A stretch of 64,000 nucleotides of DNA from Halocafeteria seosinensis (lineage: Eukaryota). The stretch covers positions 1 through 64,000 of the forward strand of contig LVLI01000156.1 of assembly GCA_001687465.1 (NCBI GenBank), in the 5' to 3' direction. A program made the position numbers and the translations under genes. The notes under the pieces were generated by a model. That model searched no databases. It was given only the letters and a program-made list of their open reading frames with translations, and was not told where the DNA came from. Positions 1 to 13,250 of the stretch are shown here, piece after piece. Each line of letters starts with the position of its first letter. Position 1 is the stretch's first letter.

Positions 1-2529
1 TAATGGAAGTGTAGTGTTGCAAGATTTATCGCAAACCCTCGAATATCGCTGCATATAAGGCTAGTAAATTTTGAAAGCGTGCAGGTTGAAGTTGAAGTGC
101 GTGTCAGGACATTTTTGAACTTGTCCTGTCAGGACTTGTGTCCCAACCTAACCACCATGACGGGCGGCTGCGAAGGGCAACGTAAAGAAATTTGACAGAC
201 ACGCATGGAATGAGACAATTACCCACATCTAGAAAAATTTGTGTGTTGCCCTGTTTTCCTTTTGTTATTGAGAGGAGGGATGGTATAATGGCCAGCGTAT
301 TGATCGTAGCTTCGTCTGCGGCCTTCTTCAGTCAGTGGTAGTTCATCCTCGAACATTTCGTCTTCCTGCGACATTGAAATTTATAGAGCATAGCCAAACA
401 GCAAAAATGATTACCAAACTTTTTTTCGCTTGTTTTGTATCATCCTCTTACTTACACTTAAGTAAAAGTACGCCCTAGTTGTAGTTGGGGAGGAGTGTCG
501 CTTACTACGAGGCACGTCCGATCCGAATCCAAGTCCAGTCGGTTCCTGAGTCATCCTCACAGACCACTCTGTCCCCAGTAGAGGGATCCCTCCTCCTAGT
601 GCAACTGGTATGTAAACGTTGCTTTATCTTATTCGCTCTAAATATTTCGTAATAGACTTTGAAAATCCAATGGTACTTGCCCGAAAGCAACAGAAACCCA
701 CTCGAGACAGGGCGATTTGGTCTGCCAAAAAATGATCCACAGATAGGACAACAAAGGCCTCGGCACACAAACTACCTTACATATAATGGCTTTCGATCTT
801 ATACCGTATCAATACAGTCTCAATCTGTACAGCTACCAACTGTATCTTTGCCACGACCGTTGAAGCCCGTTTGCGACCAACGCGACAGTTCAACACACAG
901 TTGTACTACTTGCTACCCGGCATCGAGTTCGATTTATCCTTCAAATACGGAACTATTGCATGAAATAGCTCTTGTTGCCTTTCTTTGGCAGTTGGTGCAG
1001 TTATATGAGCTGGTGTTAGTTAAATCCCTCGAAATGCGAGAACCGGTTGAAGTCCCGCTGCGACAGGAGTCCTGTACGACGAGGCAATGCTATGGTATGT
1101 CACGAAGACACAGTAGGCGAGGTTAGTGTAGAGTATGAAGCCGGTGTTTTACGAAATCATCGCAATATGGTACTTCTGCCGTAAACTGGTCGAAAAGGCA
1201 TTACATTGTAGGTAGTCTTTCGGCGGGCGGGGACTCTCTTGCTGCTTCCAGTTTCTGTGTCCCTGTGTGACTCACTTCCGTTGCTCGCTTCTCGCAAAAT
1301 GGTCCATAGTCGAAATTATACGCCTCTTCAGAACCGTTTATAAGTGGTTTGCTCCATGCTGAAGAAAAAACTCCTCAAACCTTGAGTCTTACTAACTTCT
1401 GAGGTCGGTGTTCACCACTGGACGGCCGGAAACCTCCGCGCTTTTGTGATGTCGGAGTCTGCAACACTATTGACGCGAATCCTTGATCAGACATGAGGAT
1501 GGTCCTAAAATGTAGTGTACTCTCGTGCACTAGCAACTGAGCTGTTCAGCGTGCTGCCGACTCTTGTGAGTCACTAGCAACAGCAACAGGAATGGCTCCC
1601 ACAGAGAGTCCTACTCTCAGTGTCGGTCGAGGTCCACAAAGTTGAATGCACCAGCTGACATCGAGACACCAGTGTACCAGGTCGTGGGAGTTTGTTAGAT
1701 ATCTTTGCAGCTAGGTATTCACAGATTGAGTCACAACTTGTCGAGGCTCATGCGAACCAGTCCCCTTGCTGAAGCGTTCATCCGAATCCAAAATATTTAC
1801 ATCCTGCAAATGTGTTGAATCCGACACTTCTCATCACCTGTATGATGTACGAGCGTTGCTTGTGCGTTTCTTTGCACCCACACTCGCTTGCATTGCTGAG
1901 CACCCTCCAGCAGGCACAACTCTGCACATGGGAGCGAAAAGAGATCCTTCGTATGCCGTCTTTGCTTATACGGGGTTTGGATACTCCAAATTGGAGTCCA
2001 CATCGTGCTCCCTTTGGAGAACACATAAGGGCCACCGAAGTTCAGGTGACCGAACAGCCGAGAAACCGCTCCCGGGCACGGAAGGTTTTGAACGCCAGCC
2101 CGTACTATCCCTGGATGACCCAATTGGATAAGAGTCGTTCAAGCGGTTGCCAGAGAGCAGCATTGTTGGTTACAGTCGCGCAATTATGACAAACACGTAA
2201 AAACTTCACTGACAAGTACTGAAATTATTCCATCATCTATACTGTTGGGTACATTGTCTCATGCACCCTTTCATAACCCGGATATAACAGCGAAAGAACA
2301 GGTAAGCCAACCGCGAGAGCATTCCTCCCACCGCCCCCAAGCTGACTGCGGACACCAGCATGGCGGCTGTACAAATTTAAGAATTCGAAAGAGCATCAAT
2401 ACTGTCACAGTCAAGATAACAGTGCGGATATACCAGTATTTCTAACGCTGACATTGCACTTCGTTTTGGTGTATGCTCTGTTTTTGCTGCTTGTTCTGAC
2501 GCAGTGCCCGCGACCTCGCGACTGGGAGC

Positions 2530-3713
2530 ATGGTGGAGAACACGAGTTTGGACGCCCTCGCTGCTGCCGGGGAAAGGGAGTTTCTTCTGTCTTCCTCGGC
2601 TTTGAAGGCCAATAACATGTATATGCCGTCTGTATCGCGAGAGAATTATGCCTTTGCTATCCCCAGTGCCAATGGCAGCTCGTATTCTCCAACAATATTG
2701 GGCAAGCGAAGTTTGTCGGGTTCGATGGTGAATGAAAACGCTCCTGAGAAAAAGGGAACCGGCGGAAGAAACCATCCGTCGAAAGAGGGCGTGTTCCTGA
2801 GCTTCTTAAATGAACAGAAACAGGGAAATGGCTACAGTGCACGTAAACAAATGGCGGCCAACGAGTTCAGGGGGACGGACTTATCCATTTCAGGAACGCT
2901 GGTCTTCCCTTTGTCTCCGAACCAGATCTTCCATTTGGCAGAGCAATCCCCCAAGTCAGTTGAGAAGGTGCCCGATACTAAAAGGATAAGAAATCTCAGT
3001 CAGTCAGGCAACAATTCTCCCTCGTCTCATCCCAATGAAATTTTAAGTGGCAGTGGAAGCAGTGACCAACAGATATGGACGAAAATCGAAGCCTGCTCTT
3101 ATGAGTTCCCGTACTCAAAGCCACCACCGGAGTACTTGATAAACTTGAGAGGTATGTTGTACCTTCGTCATCCGTTGCTGTTAAACAATTCAAGCACTTG
3201 TTCATATTTGCAGAAGTCACGGAATGCTTCCGCAATTGGCTAAGAAGAAAGCTCAGAAGTAAGCAACTCCATCTGTCCAGAATTATGTAGGTGGCATTGA
3301 CACCATTTCATGGACCTATTCTGTACAGCATGGATGATGGATCACTGGCCGTTTCCCTATCCGGGCACACTTACGCTTTCACGATTGAGCAAGGAAACAG
3401 GTCTCTCAACGAAACAACTGGAGGATTGGGTAAGTGTTGAAAGTAACTTTCAGGGTGGATGTTTAAATGAAACGCCATTATGTTTTCGTGTATGCTGTTA
3501 CAGTTTCGCAACCAACGGAGACGTCATTGGCGACCTTATATGGCCGAGAATTACCCAGACGCCCTTCAATACGCCGAGCGAGTTCGCGGAAATCGTGAGG
3601 AGGGTGGAATCCCGGCTCTACCACGACACAGTTTGGACTTCTACGTCGAAACAGCCAGAATAGCGTTGAAGCGATGGAATGGTTATACGTACCCTTCGGG
3701 AAATCTTAACTAG
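2530..3713 (+). CDS. TALE-class homeodomain transcription factor (4 exons: 2530-3151, 3214-3258, 3329-3429, 3504-3713)
   Basis: Splicing three GT-AG introns gives LRRKLRTWMMDHWPFPYPGTLTLSRLSKETGLSTKQLEDWFRNQRRRHWRP: the PYP loop of TALE homeodomains plus the helix-3 WFxNxRRR motif. The start codon is tentative. Confidence 0.8.
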
Positions 3714-4309
3714 AAGCTGTATACCCGTCAAGGAACTGAAGTAATGCCATACCAAACATACGATATCTCCACATGTAAACAAGAAGTGAAGCTGATATTC
3801 TTCACGTAATGCACTCTTCTCCGTGGAATGTATGGCATCTCATAGATATGCATTTAGTGTTGTCCAACCGAGCGTTTTGATTTGGTATGCTCGGACTAAA
3901 ATTGCTTACACGGCCTCCACTGAAGCAGTGGTCGGTGATGGGGGTGGACCAGCAAGCAACACACCGATGACACCCTGCTCAAGGAGGAAAAAGCTGAACA
4001 GTTGTCCTTCCGCTGCTGTATGCTCCTCGTCGAGGAGTCCTGGGAATCAGTCGTTTGACACTGCTGCAGGTTGAAGGTACATGTTTAGCATCAGTATCTA
4101 ACTGTTGAGCTTAGGCACAGTAGGCAAAACTACAACTAGGGGATATCAACTTTGTTAGTCGTCAAGATAAATTGATATTGCAACATCTTGTAAGTGAGCG
4201 TTTTTTTGGCCGCTCCAGTGCTGCGGACGGCATGCTTGGTATTTCAAATGGCGAAGAATTATCGTATTGAAATACTATCCCCAAGCCAAGATAAAACAAC
4301 AATTTGCTT

Positions 4310-5230
4310 TTAACGCCGATTTTTGTTCATATTGCTGTATGCTATGTTTGTACTCACTACTGTTTTAAACGCAGTGCACCCCGACCTTAGCCAGGACTCA
4401 ACTTGACTCCCATAGAGTGGGGTCTGGACGCCCCCGCTGCTGTGGGGGAAAGGGAGTTTCTTTTGTGTTCCTCGGCTCTACACGTCAATTACAAATAGTT
4501 ACCGTCAATACGGCAAGAGAGTTGTAACTGTGCACTCCCTAGCGCCAATGGCACCTCGCAACCTCCCATAGTTTTGGGGGCAAGCGACGTTTATTGAATC
4601 CTACGATACATCGAAATTTGGAAAAAGAGAATCGCCTCAAGAAGTCATCCGTCGAACAAGGTGTGTTCTTGAGCTTTCAAAATGAAAGTCATCAGCAAAA
4701 TAGTACAAAGCACACAAATTTTCAAGCTGTGTAATTGGAGAAACTCGAATTTTCGCCGAGCCCTTTCTTCGAACGAGACCTTCCACTTGGCAAGTCATTC
4801 TCCCAAATCAGTCGAAACGACGACTGAGCCGGGATCCGAAAGAGCCCCGTTTCACCACACTATTGTTAAGTGAAAATGAAAGCAAAGGACCGTAGACGTG
4901 GGGAAAGATCGAGGAATGCTTTCATGAGTTTTTGTACTCGGATACCGGAATACTTGATGAACTTGAGAGGAATGTTGTACAACGCTCTTCACGGGTTGTT
5001 GTTAAATAGGGTAATTCAAGCACTCGTTCGTACTATTACTGTCACGGAATGCTTCCGCAATTGGCTAAGAAGAAAGCTCAGAAGTAAGCAACTTCATCTG
5101 TCTAGAATTATGTCGGTCCATTGCATGGGACCTACTCTGTACAGCGCGGATGAAGGATCACTGGCCATTTCCCTCTCCGTACACTTTCACAACTGAGCAA
5201 TCAAACGGGAACGGGCCTTTCGGAAGATTG
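4310..5230 (+). pseudogene. Degraded duplicate of the adjacent TALE homeobox gene
   Basis: Colinear nucleotide similarity to ~2440-3430 (e.g. ggggaaagggagtttctt; gtcacggaatgcttccgcaattggctaagaagaaagctcagaagtaagcaac), including intron sequence. The first donor is mutated (agaggaatg vs agaggtatg), there are indels and stops, and I found no copy of the last exon. Confidence 0.75.
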
Positions 5231-5680
5231 GGTCGAAGCGATTGACGCAAGTTCAGCACTCTTGGTGGTACAAGTTGTAGTTTATCAATCACGAGGATGT
5301 GGCCTGGTCTAAGCATTGGGAGTTCTATTTTGGTGTAGCTCACCGTGGCTGCCATGATCCATGCTAGAATAAGCTAGTCTGGTACTACACACAGGCACGA
5401 TATTCCGGGGTTACAAGGTGTGTCAAAGTCACCGAAGTCACCTCCTGTTTGTGTCCGTGGATTGCGGCGTGGAATATGCCCTTTCCAATCTAAGGGGCTG
5501 TTTTTACCATGATTTGCATGCTTTGTCGATTCCTGGATTCAATTTGGATCAACCCGACGATGCCCGAAACTACCGGTGCACTGGTTCAGTGCCAACTGAA
5601 GCCCCGGGAACATGATGAAAGCCGGCCAAGAACCAGTGTGTATTGGTATTGATCCTACCGGAAGACGTGTCTGCTACAGG

Positions 5681-5895
5681 CTACAATACGCTGTGTGAGG
5701 GGTGAACCCATATGTGTGTGTGGTGAAACCGGTCCAGCATCTTCACGTTGTGGCGCATCAACGTGACTGACAGTTTGGCCGTCATCAGTTTGCGGAAGTG
5801 CCGCATCTCCCTTGTTCCCCAGCGGGAACCAAGTGCTTTCCCGGCAATTCTCTTGAGGAACTTGATTGCGTCTTCCCCGAAGCAGTGTGCTGTTG
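5681..5895 (-). mobile_element. Probable 3' relic of a non-LTR retrotransposon with a restriction-like endonuclease (CRE/R2-like C-terminus)
   Basis: The peptide CFGEDAIKFLKRIA...FRKLMTAKLSVTLMRHNVKML resembles the G-x-G-x-x-A-x-x-F-L...R/K-LSV-x-L-x-R-x-N end of RLE-type retroposon ORFs. No RT domain is visible. Confidence 0.45.
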
Positions 5896-6840
5896 AAGGC
5901 GGAGTGGAATCGCCAAACAAAGGATCAGGCCAAGATTCTAAGTCACTCGGACTCGGAGTCAGGAAGCTTCATGCATTGATAGTGCATCCAACAAGGACGA
6001 GAATAACAAAGCATGAATCTTATTTCCTCTCCAGTATTTGTATAGGAACGCTTCTGGTTTGTTCATTGAGCTTTGGTTTCGGAGACTTACCTCCAGCTGG
6101 CAGCCCTACGGCCGGCAGGTCATGCATACGACGCAGTGTGTTGCAGAGTCTATTCAAAGATAAACCATAGCCTATTCTAGATGGTCTGTGGATACTAGAG
6201 CTTCCACTGGTTATATTGACCGGCATTCGGTATTGATTGACCGATGTAAGAGAACAAAACGTCCGAGCACCGGCCGACGTCCACGTCGCAGGTGCCGCAG
6301 ATAGCGACTGCCCGTAAAGTGCTCACTCGTAAGTATGCTGTACTGCATTAATGTGCTACTAGCTCCATTCCTCTATGCCTCCTACGATGTACAGAGCATG
6401 CGGCTGAGACAGCTCACTGCGGATCAGCTGATGGCCCACCCTCAGACTGCAGGCGTATCAAGTCCCCTCTGAAGACGGTTGCCGTGCGCCAAGTATACCC
6501 GGACGCCTGTCCGTAGGAATGTTTGCTGAGCTATGGTAACCATAGTATGGTTGTTTGGTGTGCAGGATTTGGATGTACCAGCTGGTCCAAGCTTTGTAGA
6601 TGATCAGATAGGGTGTATATTGCCTGAGGGCGTATCCGACTCATTATTCGAGTCTCTATACCTTAAGTCTCAAAGTTGGATTCCCAATACGTATTACTCC
6701 ATAGAGTGGTCTCACCGAATCCATACACGAAAAATAAGGTCACGAAAGAAACACGAAAAAAGGCTGAAAGCATTCCTTGGATACCTACCCTGTCCCTTCT
6801 TCTGTAACGTCTCAAGTGTTTCCAGTGTACACGGAAAAAG

Positions 6841-7233
6841 CTGATTTCATACTCAAGAGAAAGACGTAAGGAAAAGTGGTGGATATTTACGTTATAAAGC
6901 GCCCCTTCGTGGCGAATTTCTGGAAAAGCTGTCCGAGAAGTATGAAATTAGATTGTTTACCGCCAGCGTCCGTGAGTACGCCGAGTCGCTACAGCCCCGT
7001 CTAAATGGATAAAGGATCTTTCCGATTTACCTCGTGAATTAACGCGGACAATAATTCTTGACGACAAGAAGAGTTCATTCCAGTTTCATCCTGCCAACGA
7101 TGTGGAATGCATGCCATTCTATGGAGATTATATGGATGAAGAGTTATTGAGATTGAAAAGACTCTTGTTCGATCTTGATACGCTTGCAAGTGACGTGTGG
7201 CCACTGCTTAACTCCTGGATTGAGTGTTGCTGA
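6841..7233 (+). pseudogene. Truncated and frameshifted SCP/CTD (NIF/FCP1-like) phosphatase copy
   Basis: Reads DIYVIKRPFV / FLEKLSEKYEIRLFTASVREYAES / WIKDLSDLPRELTRTIILDDKKSSFQFHPANDVECMPFYGD...NSWIECC* across frameshifts and an internal deletion. No DLDET exon was found. It is closest to the copy ending at 17086. Confidence 0.75.
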
Positions 7234-7977
7234 CTCACACATATGTATTCCCACGCTTGTGTGGATTAGTATTGCAGGCGTAAAGCACAATGTTTCGCCT
7301 AAAATAAACTGTGAACCCTAATGCACAAGTCGCTAGCTCACAAATGAACCAATATTCCGCTTCAAGAAAGCATGTTTGTTAGACGTGCAACGTGAGGTGC
7401 GTTGGTGCTTTGCAACCCAAGCGTACCGTCGGATAGTCATGACTCATGACCATTGTTTCCTCTGTAGCCGAGCCCAATTCTACAACACATTCTCGGTTAG
7501 ATAAGGTAAGGTTCCTCCATGGAATTTGACGCTGTGTAGCGTCGTCGACCACAGTAGATTGTTCAGTATACCGGTAATTCAGCAGATGCGGCGAAGACAG
7601 TAACGGTCAGAGTCAAGTGGGCAAGCTCGGAGTCCAGAAGACGACCCGTCTTCCTATCAACAAGTGTTTTCCCTCTCATCAGAGTTGATGCAGTGTCAAA
7701 AAATGATCGGATTGCAGGCTAAGGTAAGAAACAATAATATGTCCGATGCCTCACGTACTAGTTGTGCAAGGAGGCGAGGGAGAAGCGAGTACGGACCTCA
7801 GCACTACGGTTGCATCTGCTTTGGCGTCGCACAGAAGCTCCTGGAAATTTGCATGTCTTCTTTTTACGTCTCGTCTTCTTGCGTTTGGAATGTATCACAT
7901 ATAGTCGCCCCCACACTAAGCTGGAGAATCGATTGCAGATAGGGGAGGGAAGCGGTTGAGGGAAGCGGAGTACTCAC

Positions 7978-9650
7978 ATGTCCAGTACCGGTGGTAGCAG
8001 GTTTCCCTGGTGCTATCGGCTACCCTGCGTAAATGGCAGTAGCCAAAATTTTCCAAGAAGGGGCGAACAAAAGATAAACCCAAGAAATGCGCAGGAAGAA
8101 GGCTCTAGTTCTTACCTTGGAAATGCTTCGAATGTGAGTAAACCACGATTTCTTCGTCCATCCGAGCTCCATACTGGTATCCGACCCACCCAACTGTCTT
8201 CTCGCATTGTGCACAGCGAACGAAAACCTTGCCAGCACAATTACTGACATCCGGCCACGATGACGTACTAGTGGCCACACCCAATGTGCCTCCTCAGATG
8301 GAATGCGTCCCGTCGATTCCAACGTTCCTGGCAGCGGAGTTGAGCAAAGGGACTGATGATGGAGTCAGTTTGATAGACCCAACCGATCCCTGGAAAGAAA
8401 AACTCGAAACGGTTCCTGCGTTGACAGGAAATGGCTTTTCTCAATCCAGTACTGCTTGTTCAGGAAGTTTGGCAAGGGCAGCTCAAACCTCCAGTACGTA
8501 CACACTTTCTCCGCTTGTACGAAGCTCTCCATAAACAGGCCGAAGAACCCTTCGCAGAGGATGAAGCAGATGCGCAATATTTGGATGAACAAACGCAGGT
8601 TTGTACACTCTCGAGGGTTGGTAATGCTCGCGTAGCCACACATTATCTTGTTGGGTACCTTTGCTCTCCACAGACTCTTGCTAGTCGAAGATCTCAACCC
8701 TGCCATCCTGCTAAGCGAGGAAGTGTGTTCAGAGGCTTCTTTTCGCGCAAAATTTATTTGAATGAAAGCGTAAATGCTCATCACGTATGCGTACGTCCGT
8801 GCTCATGCACGCTAAGCGCTCAAGCTGTTGTCAATGCAGGGTCTCACTGAAGTCGTACCAAGAAAGGAACCCAAGGAACGCCATTGGCGATGGAGATCTC
8901 CCAAGTCTTCCGCAAGAGTTGCCCCTATGCCGACTCCAAAGGTTAGATCGGAACCCGTAAGTCCACTGGGTAATAGCATGTATTTGTGACCCAACAATCG
9001 CTTGAAGTGTCAATATCAACCGCAGGAAAAAAAAATCCAAGAAGTGTTGCCCATACCATCCAAAAACGATAAAAAGCCATGTTTGGTATTAGATCTTGAC
9101 GAAACCCTCGTCCATAGCTCTTTCAAGGTCAGTGAATCAGTATCGGCAAGTGAGGAAATGCACTGCCACTTGTAATATTGACCTGCAGAGAGTAAGATCT
9201 GCCGACTTCATCATTAACATTGAACTCCACGGAGATCCTCTTGATATTCATGTGATTAAAAGGCCCTTCGTAGATGAGTTTCTGAGCACACTAGCACAGA
9301 GGTATGAGATAGGCGTTTTTACAGCTAGTGTAAAGGAATATGCGGAGAAAGTTGTAAGGCATTTAGATAGTAATGGAGTCATTCAGTGGATCCTGTGTCG
9401 CGATTCATGCACTCTGTATAAAGGGCAACGAGTAAAGGACTTGCGTCGTCTTCCGCGGATGTTATCACAAACAGTAATCGTAGATGATAAGAATATTTCG
9501 TTTTCTTTCCAGCCAGACAATGGAATTGAGTGTGTACCTTTCTACGGAAATACTGAAGATGCGGAGCTAAAACTCCTGCAACAATTTCTGTTAGACACGA
9601 GCCGGTTCGAAGATCTCACCCTATACTTACGGAAGTGGGATAATAGCTAA
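7978..9650 (+). CDS. SCP/CTDSP-like HAD phosphatase (NIF/FCP1 homology domain), copy A, multi-exon
   Basis: KPCLVLDLDETLVHSSFK (DxDxT motif, ~9073-9127) is spliced across intron 9128-9188 to VIKRPFVDEFL...FTASVKEYA...VKDLRRL...IVDD...PDNGI. The N-terminal exons and start are tentative. Confidence 0.8.
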
Positions 9651-10497
9651 AGAAGCAATAACGACTAATGGATACGTTTCTGACATTTGAGGGCCCCCAC
9701 TGGTTTATGTGACCTAAACCTTCCGAAAGAACGAGGTGCTCCTCACATTCAGCTTTACGAAATTCATTAAGAAATAGTGCGTATTCACGAAAATCTGCCC
9801 CTGATTCTGCCGATGCATGAGTAGTTCAGCTGCGACAGAGTTGACGAAGCTGCCAGGTACTGTGGGGGTCAGGCAGTCGTTTCTCTGTGTTTTAGAGTCG
9901 AGTCCCTGAAGGTTTCCGCTCCTCCAAGGTCCATGCTGTCAAGATTTGGTCTAAGACTACCGGTACTTGCTTACCACTCAAGTCTGTCTCGCTATCACAT
10001 CAAACTCAGTGATACATGTACTGAGAGCAACAGTGCTCTACTCCGGCGGAGGCATTGGTAACGGCTTCGGTCGCAGCCAGGCAGCCTGCGACCGCAAGAT
10101 GGGCGCGCGTCGCCGAGCGAGCGAACAGCACTTTTCAAGGTTTATAGCACTAATTATAAAATGTTTAACAAATTGAAAACTGGGAAAATATGCACATACA
10201 GCATTATTTGCCTCTGCTGGTATTGTATGACAAGACTAGGCAAACTCAGCTTGTGGTTTCTTTCGGCTGCTTATCTTACGTGTATGACGTATTTTCACCC
10301 TTTTCCCTACAAGTGAAGCCATCCTCAGATTCAGGAGAGCTGGTACCGCCTGTTTTCACCACACGCTGCAGAGTGGATTTGTCATGCAGTATTTTAATCG
10401 TGTTGAGCACGTCACACGGTTAAGGGAAGATCCGGAGCTTTGCGTAACAGCTTGCCGCTGAAACTCTAGTTATTGCACAATCTGGATGCAGATAAAA

Positions 10498-12170
10498 ATG
10501 GCAGAAGAGGAAATACAAGGAAACCAAAGCAGTAATGTCATAGAAGAACAGTCCAGTGCTTGCCCTGGCACAGTGGCGGAAAACGCCTCGGGTGTAAGTG
10601 AAACATCTACCGCATATACTCCGCGCCTGTAACTGACTGCAAACATACCTCTATCTCAGGAATCCCTTGCCTTCACCGCTGGAACATCCGAGATGTATAG
10701 CAACATTAGGTCGGAGAAACCGCATGTAGCAGACTCAGAGCAAAAATGGGAGTGCATGTCGTCAACTCCCGTGGCTCTAGCGCTGGAGCCGTCCATTCCG
10801 TCTCCGGTATCACACAAGAGTGAAACTTGGGCCGATGTTTCCCCTCACTGGAAACGTGTACAAGCGCATAATCATGCATCAACGCCTAGTGGACATACGC
10901 ATGCATCAGCGTCTAGCAGATGTCCTAGAGCTATGCTGGAAGCACCCGGACCTTCAAGAGTGGCCATGCAAGGTCACTGGTGTAAGTATTTATGCACAGC
11001 TGCTCTTCTGCAGAAAAAATATATTTTTTGGTCGTTTGACAGTCGATGATTTGGCCGAGTCGCGTTTAGAGAGGAGGAAAATTCACTCTTCAAGGTCATC
11101 GAGAGAACGTCGGCCACGAGTAAGTGAGACCTTTAGAGGTATCCCGTCTTCCATATTTGTTGAGAATTATAATACTATCGCAGGTACACCCGAAACTAAC
11201 GTCAGGGAATTCTGATTCTACCTTCAAGAAGTCTGGGTTCTTTAAACGTCTGTTCTTTTGTAGTATCACCGATATTGGAACTGTAAGTTTTGTATCTATG
11301 CGGCTCAAACGATAAGTCGTACCATGCGTCAACTACGTACAGAGTTCCACGCCACCGATAAGCGCCAGGGAACAGAAGCAAAAGAGGCAGATCCGGAATC
11401 CGTTTGCGTCAAATGAACGTGCTTCAATTCTCCCTTCCCGAACGAGATCGGAGCCTGTACGTCTATACGCTAAAGCCTCGAGGTTCCCTAATTTGCACCG
11501 GTAGCATCCACACGTATGATCTGCAGGAAACGAGTAATCGGCGTATGCTTCCTGTGCCACCTAAGAAAGATGCGAAACCATGCCTCGTACTAGATCTTGA
11601 CGAAACTCTAGTGCATAGTTCATTCAAGGTGAGTACCAGGTAGTTCATCACTGGTTCATGGCTCCAATCTATCCTGTTCGGGGTATTTGCTCTTCTTGTG
11701 CTCAGAGCGTGGAATGTGCTGACTTTATCATTGATATAAGTGTTCAAGGTCAACCGTTTCATATTCATGTCATAAAGAGACCCTTCGTTGATGAGTTCTT
11801 GAAGGTTTTGTCTCAGAAGTACGAGATCGGCGTTTTCACGGCCAGCGTAAAAGAGTATGCAGACGAAGTTGTAAGCCGTCTCAACACTGACGGTGCAATT
11901 CAGTGGACGCTATATCGTGAGTCATGTACTTTATACAAAGGGCAAAGAGTAAAAGATCTACGCCGTCTTCGACGACTGCTATCCCGAACAGTCATCGTAG
12001 ATGACAAAGATACGTCTTTCTTGTTTCAACCAGCGAACGGCATTGAGTGTCTCCCTTTCTTTGGAGATCCGGAGGACACAGAATTACGGGCCCTTCAACG
12101 GTTTTTATTGGATGCAAGTGATCTCGGGGGAGACGTAACGCAACATCTTAGCAAATGGGATGAGTACTGA
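10498..12170 (+). CDS. SCP/CTDSP-like HAD phosphatase, copy B, multi-exon
   Basis: KPCLVLDLDETLVHSSFK, then an intron at the same position as in copy A, then a complete NIF domain to the stop at 12170. The start (aaaATGG at 10498) is tentative. Confidence 0.82.
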
Positions 12171-13250
12171 CTTAGCTTATTTTCGGTCTTATCCGCCAGC
12201 ATGGAACACCGATACTGTGGCGATAGCTAGGGAGGTACAGCGAAAGTGCGGACTACATAGGATTAACGTATTATTTCAAACTGTGGACGGAATACATGAA
12301 AATGGTTCCCAGACAGCTTCCACAATCCCGGGACGCGGCTTGGTCGATTGAGTCCTCTGCCCCAGCTTGATTGCGTGGCTTGCTAAGCCTCATGCAGCAT
12401 GTGTAAGGGAACATTTGTACCGTATACCCCTCTTGTTCTGATAGTGCTGTAAGTGGGTAACTTTATGTCTGACAAACAGGTTATGACGCACCTTGCCCGC
12501 ACTTGTTCAGCGCGAGCAAGCAATCCAGAGGCGCTTGCTACATTGACTCATAGCCGCTATGGTTATACCTTGCATGGATAAACGCTGTAGATGTGTCGTG
12601 TGTTAGCCGTGAAAATGTAGCTTCTGCGTGGATTGCATAGGGAATACGGTAATGCAGGAACCTAGTTCAGGCAGCCGGGAACGTGTGACGCGAGTAAGAT
12701 GGCACAATGCTGCTATGAAATGGGCCCTTGAGGATGGATTCCTGTTGTATGTCGCGCTCTGACTCAGTACTTGGTGCCCCACTGATTGTTCTTGCAACCG
12801 TACACCCGGTCGCAGGTTGCGACGCGACCCAGCGGGAAGTACCGTTGAGCAGTCTGGTAGCCAGCTCGGGGTAACCTGTATTGTCCGCTTTGTAGGCAGA
12901 CATACTGTAAATGAGTAAGACTATAATGCACCCTAACCAGCATATGTGTCACGAAACCGTTTAAATAGTGATACTCCTTCCTTACAAGAAAACCTATAAC
13001 CTAGCAGGTCTATGAAACCAGCTCGGCTGTGGTATCAGCGTGTATGACGTGGTGTCCACAATCCTTGCTGCCACCAATAGAGGGACTAAATGGCAATGAT
13101 TATTGGAACCGCCTCCTGTAATCTGAAAGTGGTATTGTAGAAAATACAGGAGACAGGGGTTTCCGGGCTGAAATCCGATACTGTCAGGCAGTCAGGGCTG
13201 CCCTGCCCCGGAGCTCCGCCTGTCTGTCTCCGCTGCTGAATGAAGTGAAA

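Noticed and set aside
226..375. Minus-strand MSQEDEMFEDELPLTEEGRRRSYDQY..., faintly like a DnaJ helix
   Set aside because: It is too short, has no HPD motif and has no supportable continuation within the window.
505..2189. Short ORFs at the window start and a coding-like minus-strand stretch
   Set aside because: I found no recognisable domain and could not build a stop-free spliced model. At most it is an unidentified pseudogene.
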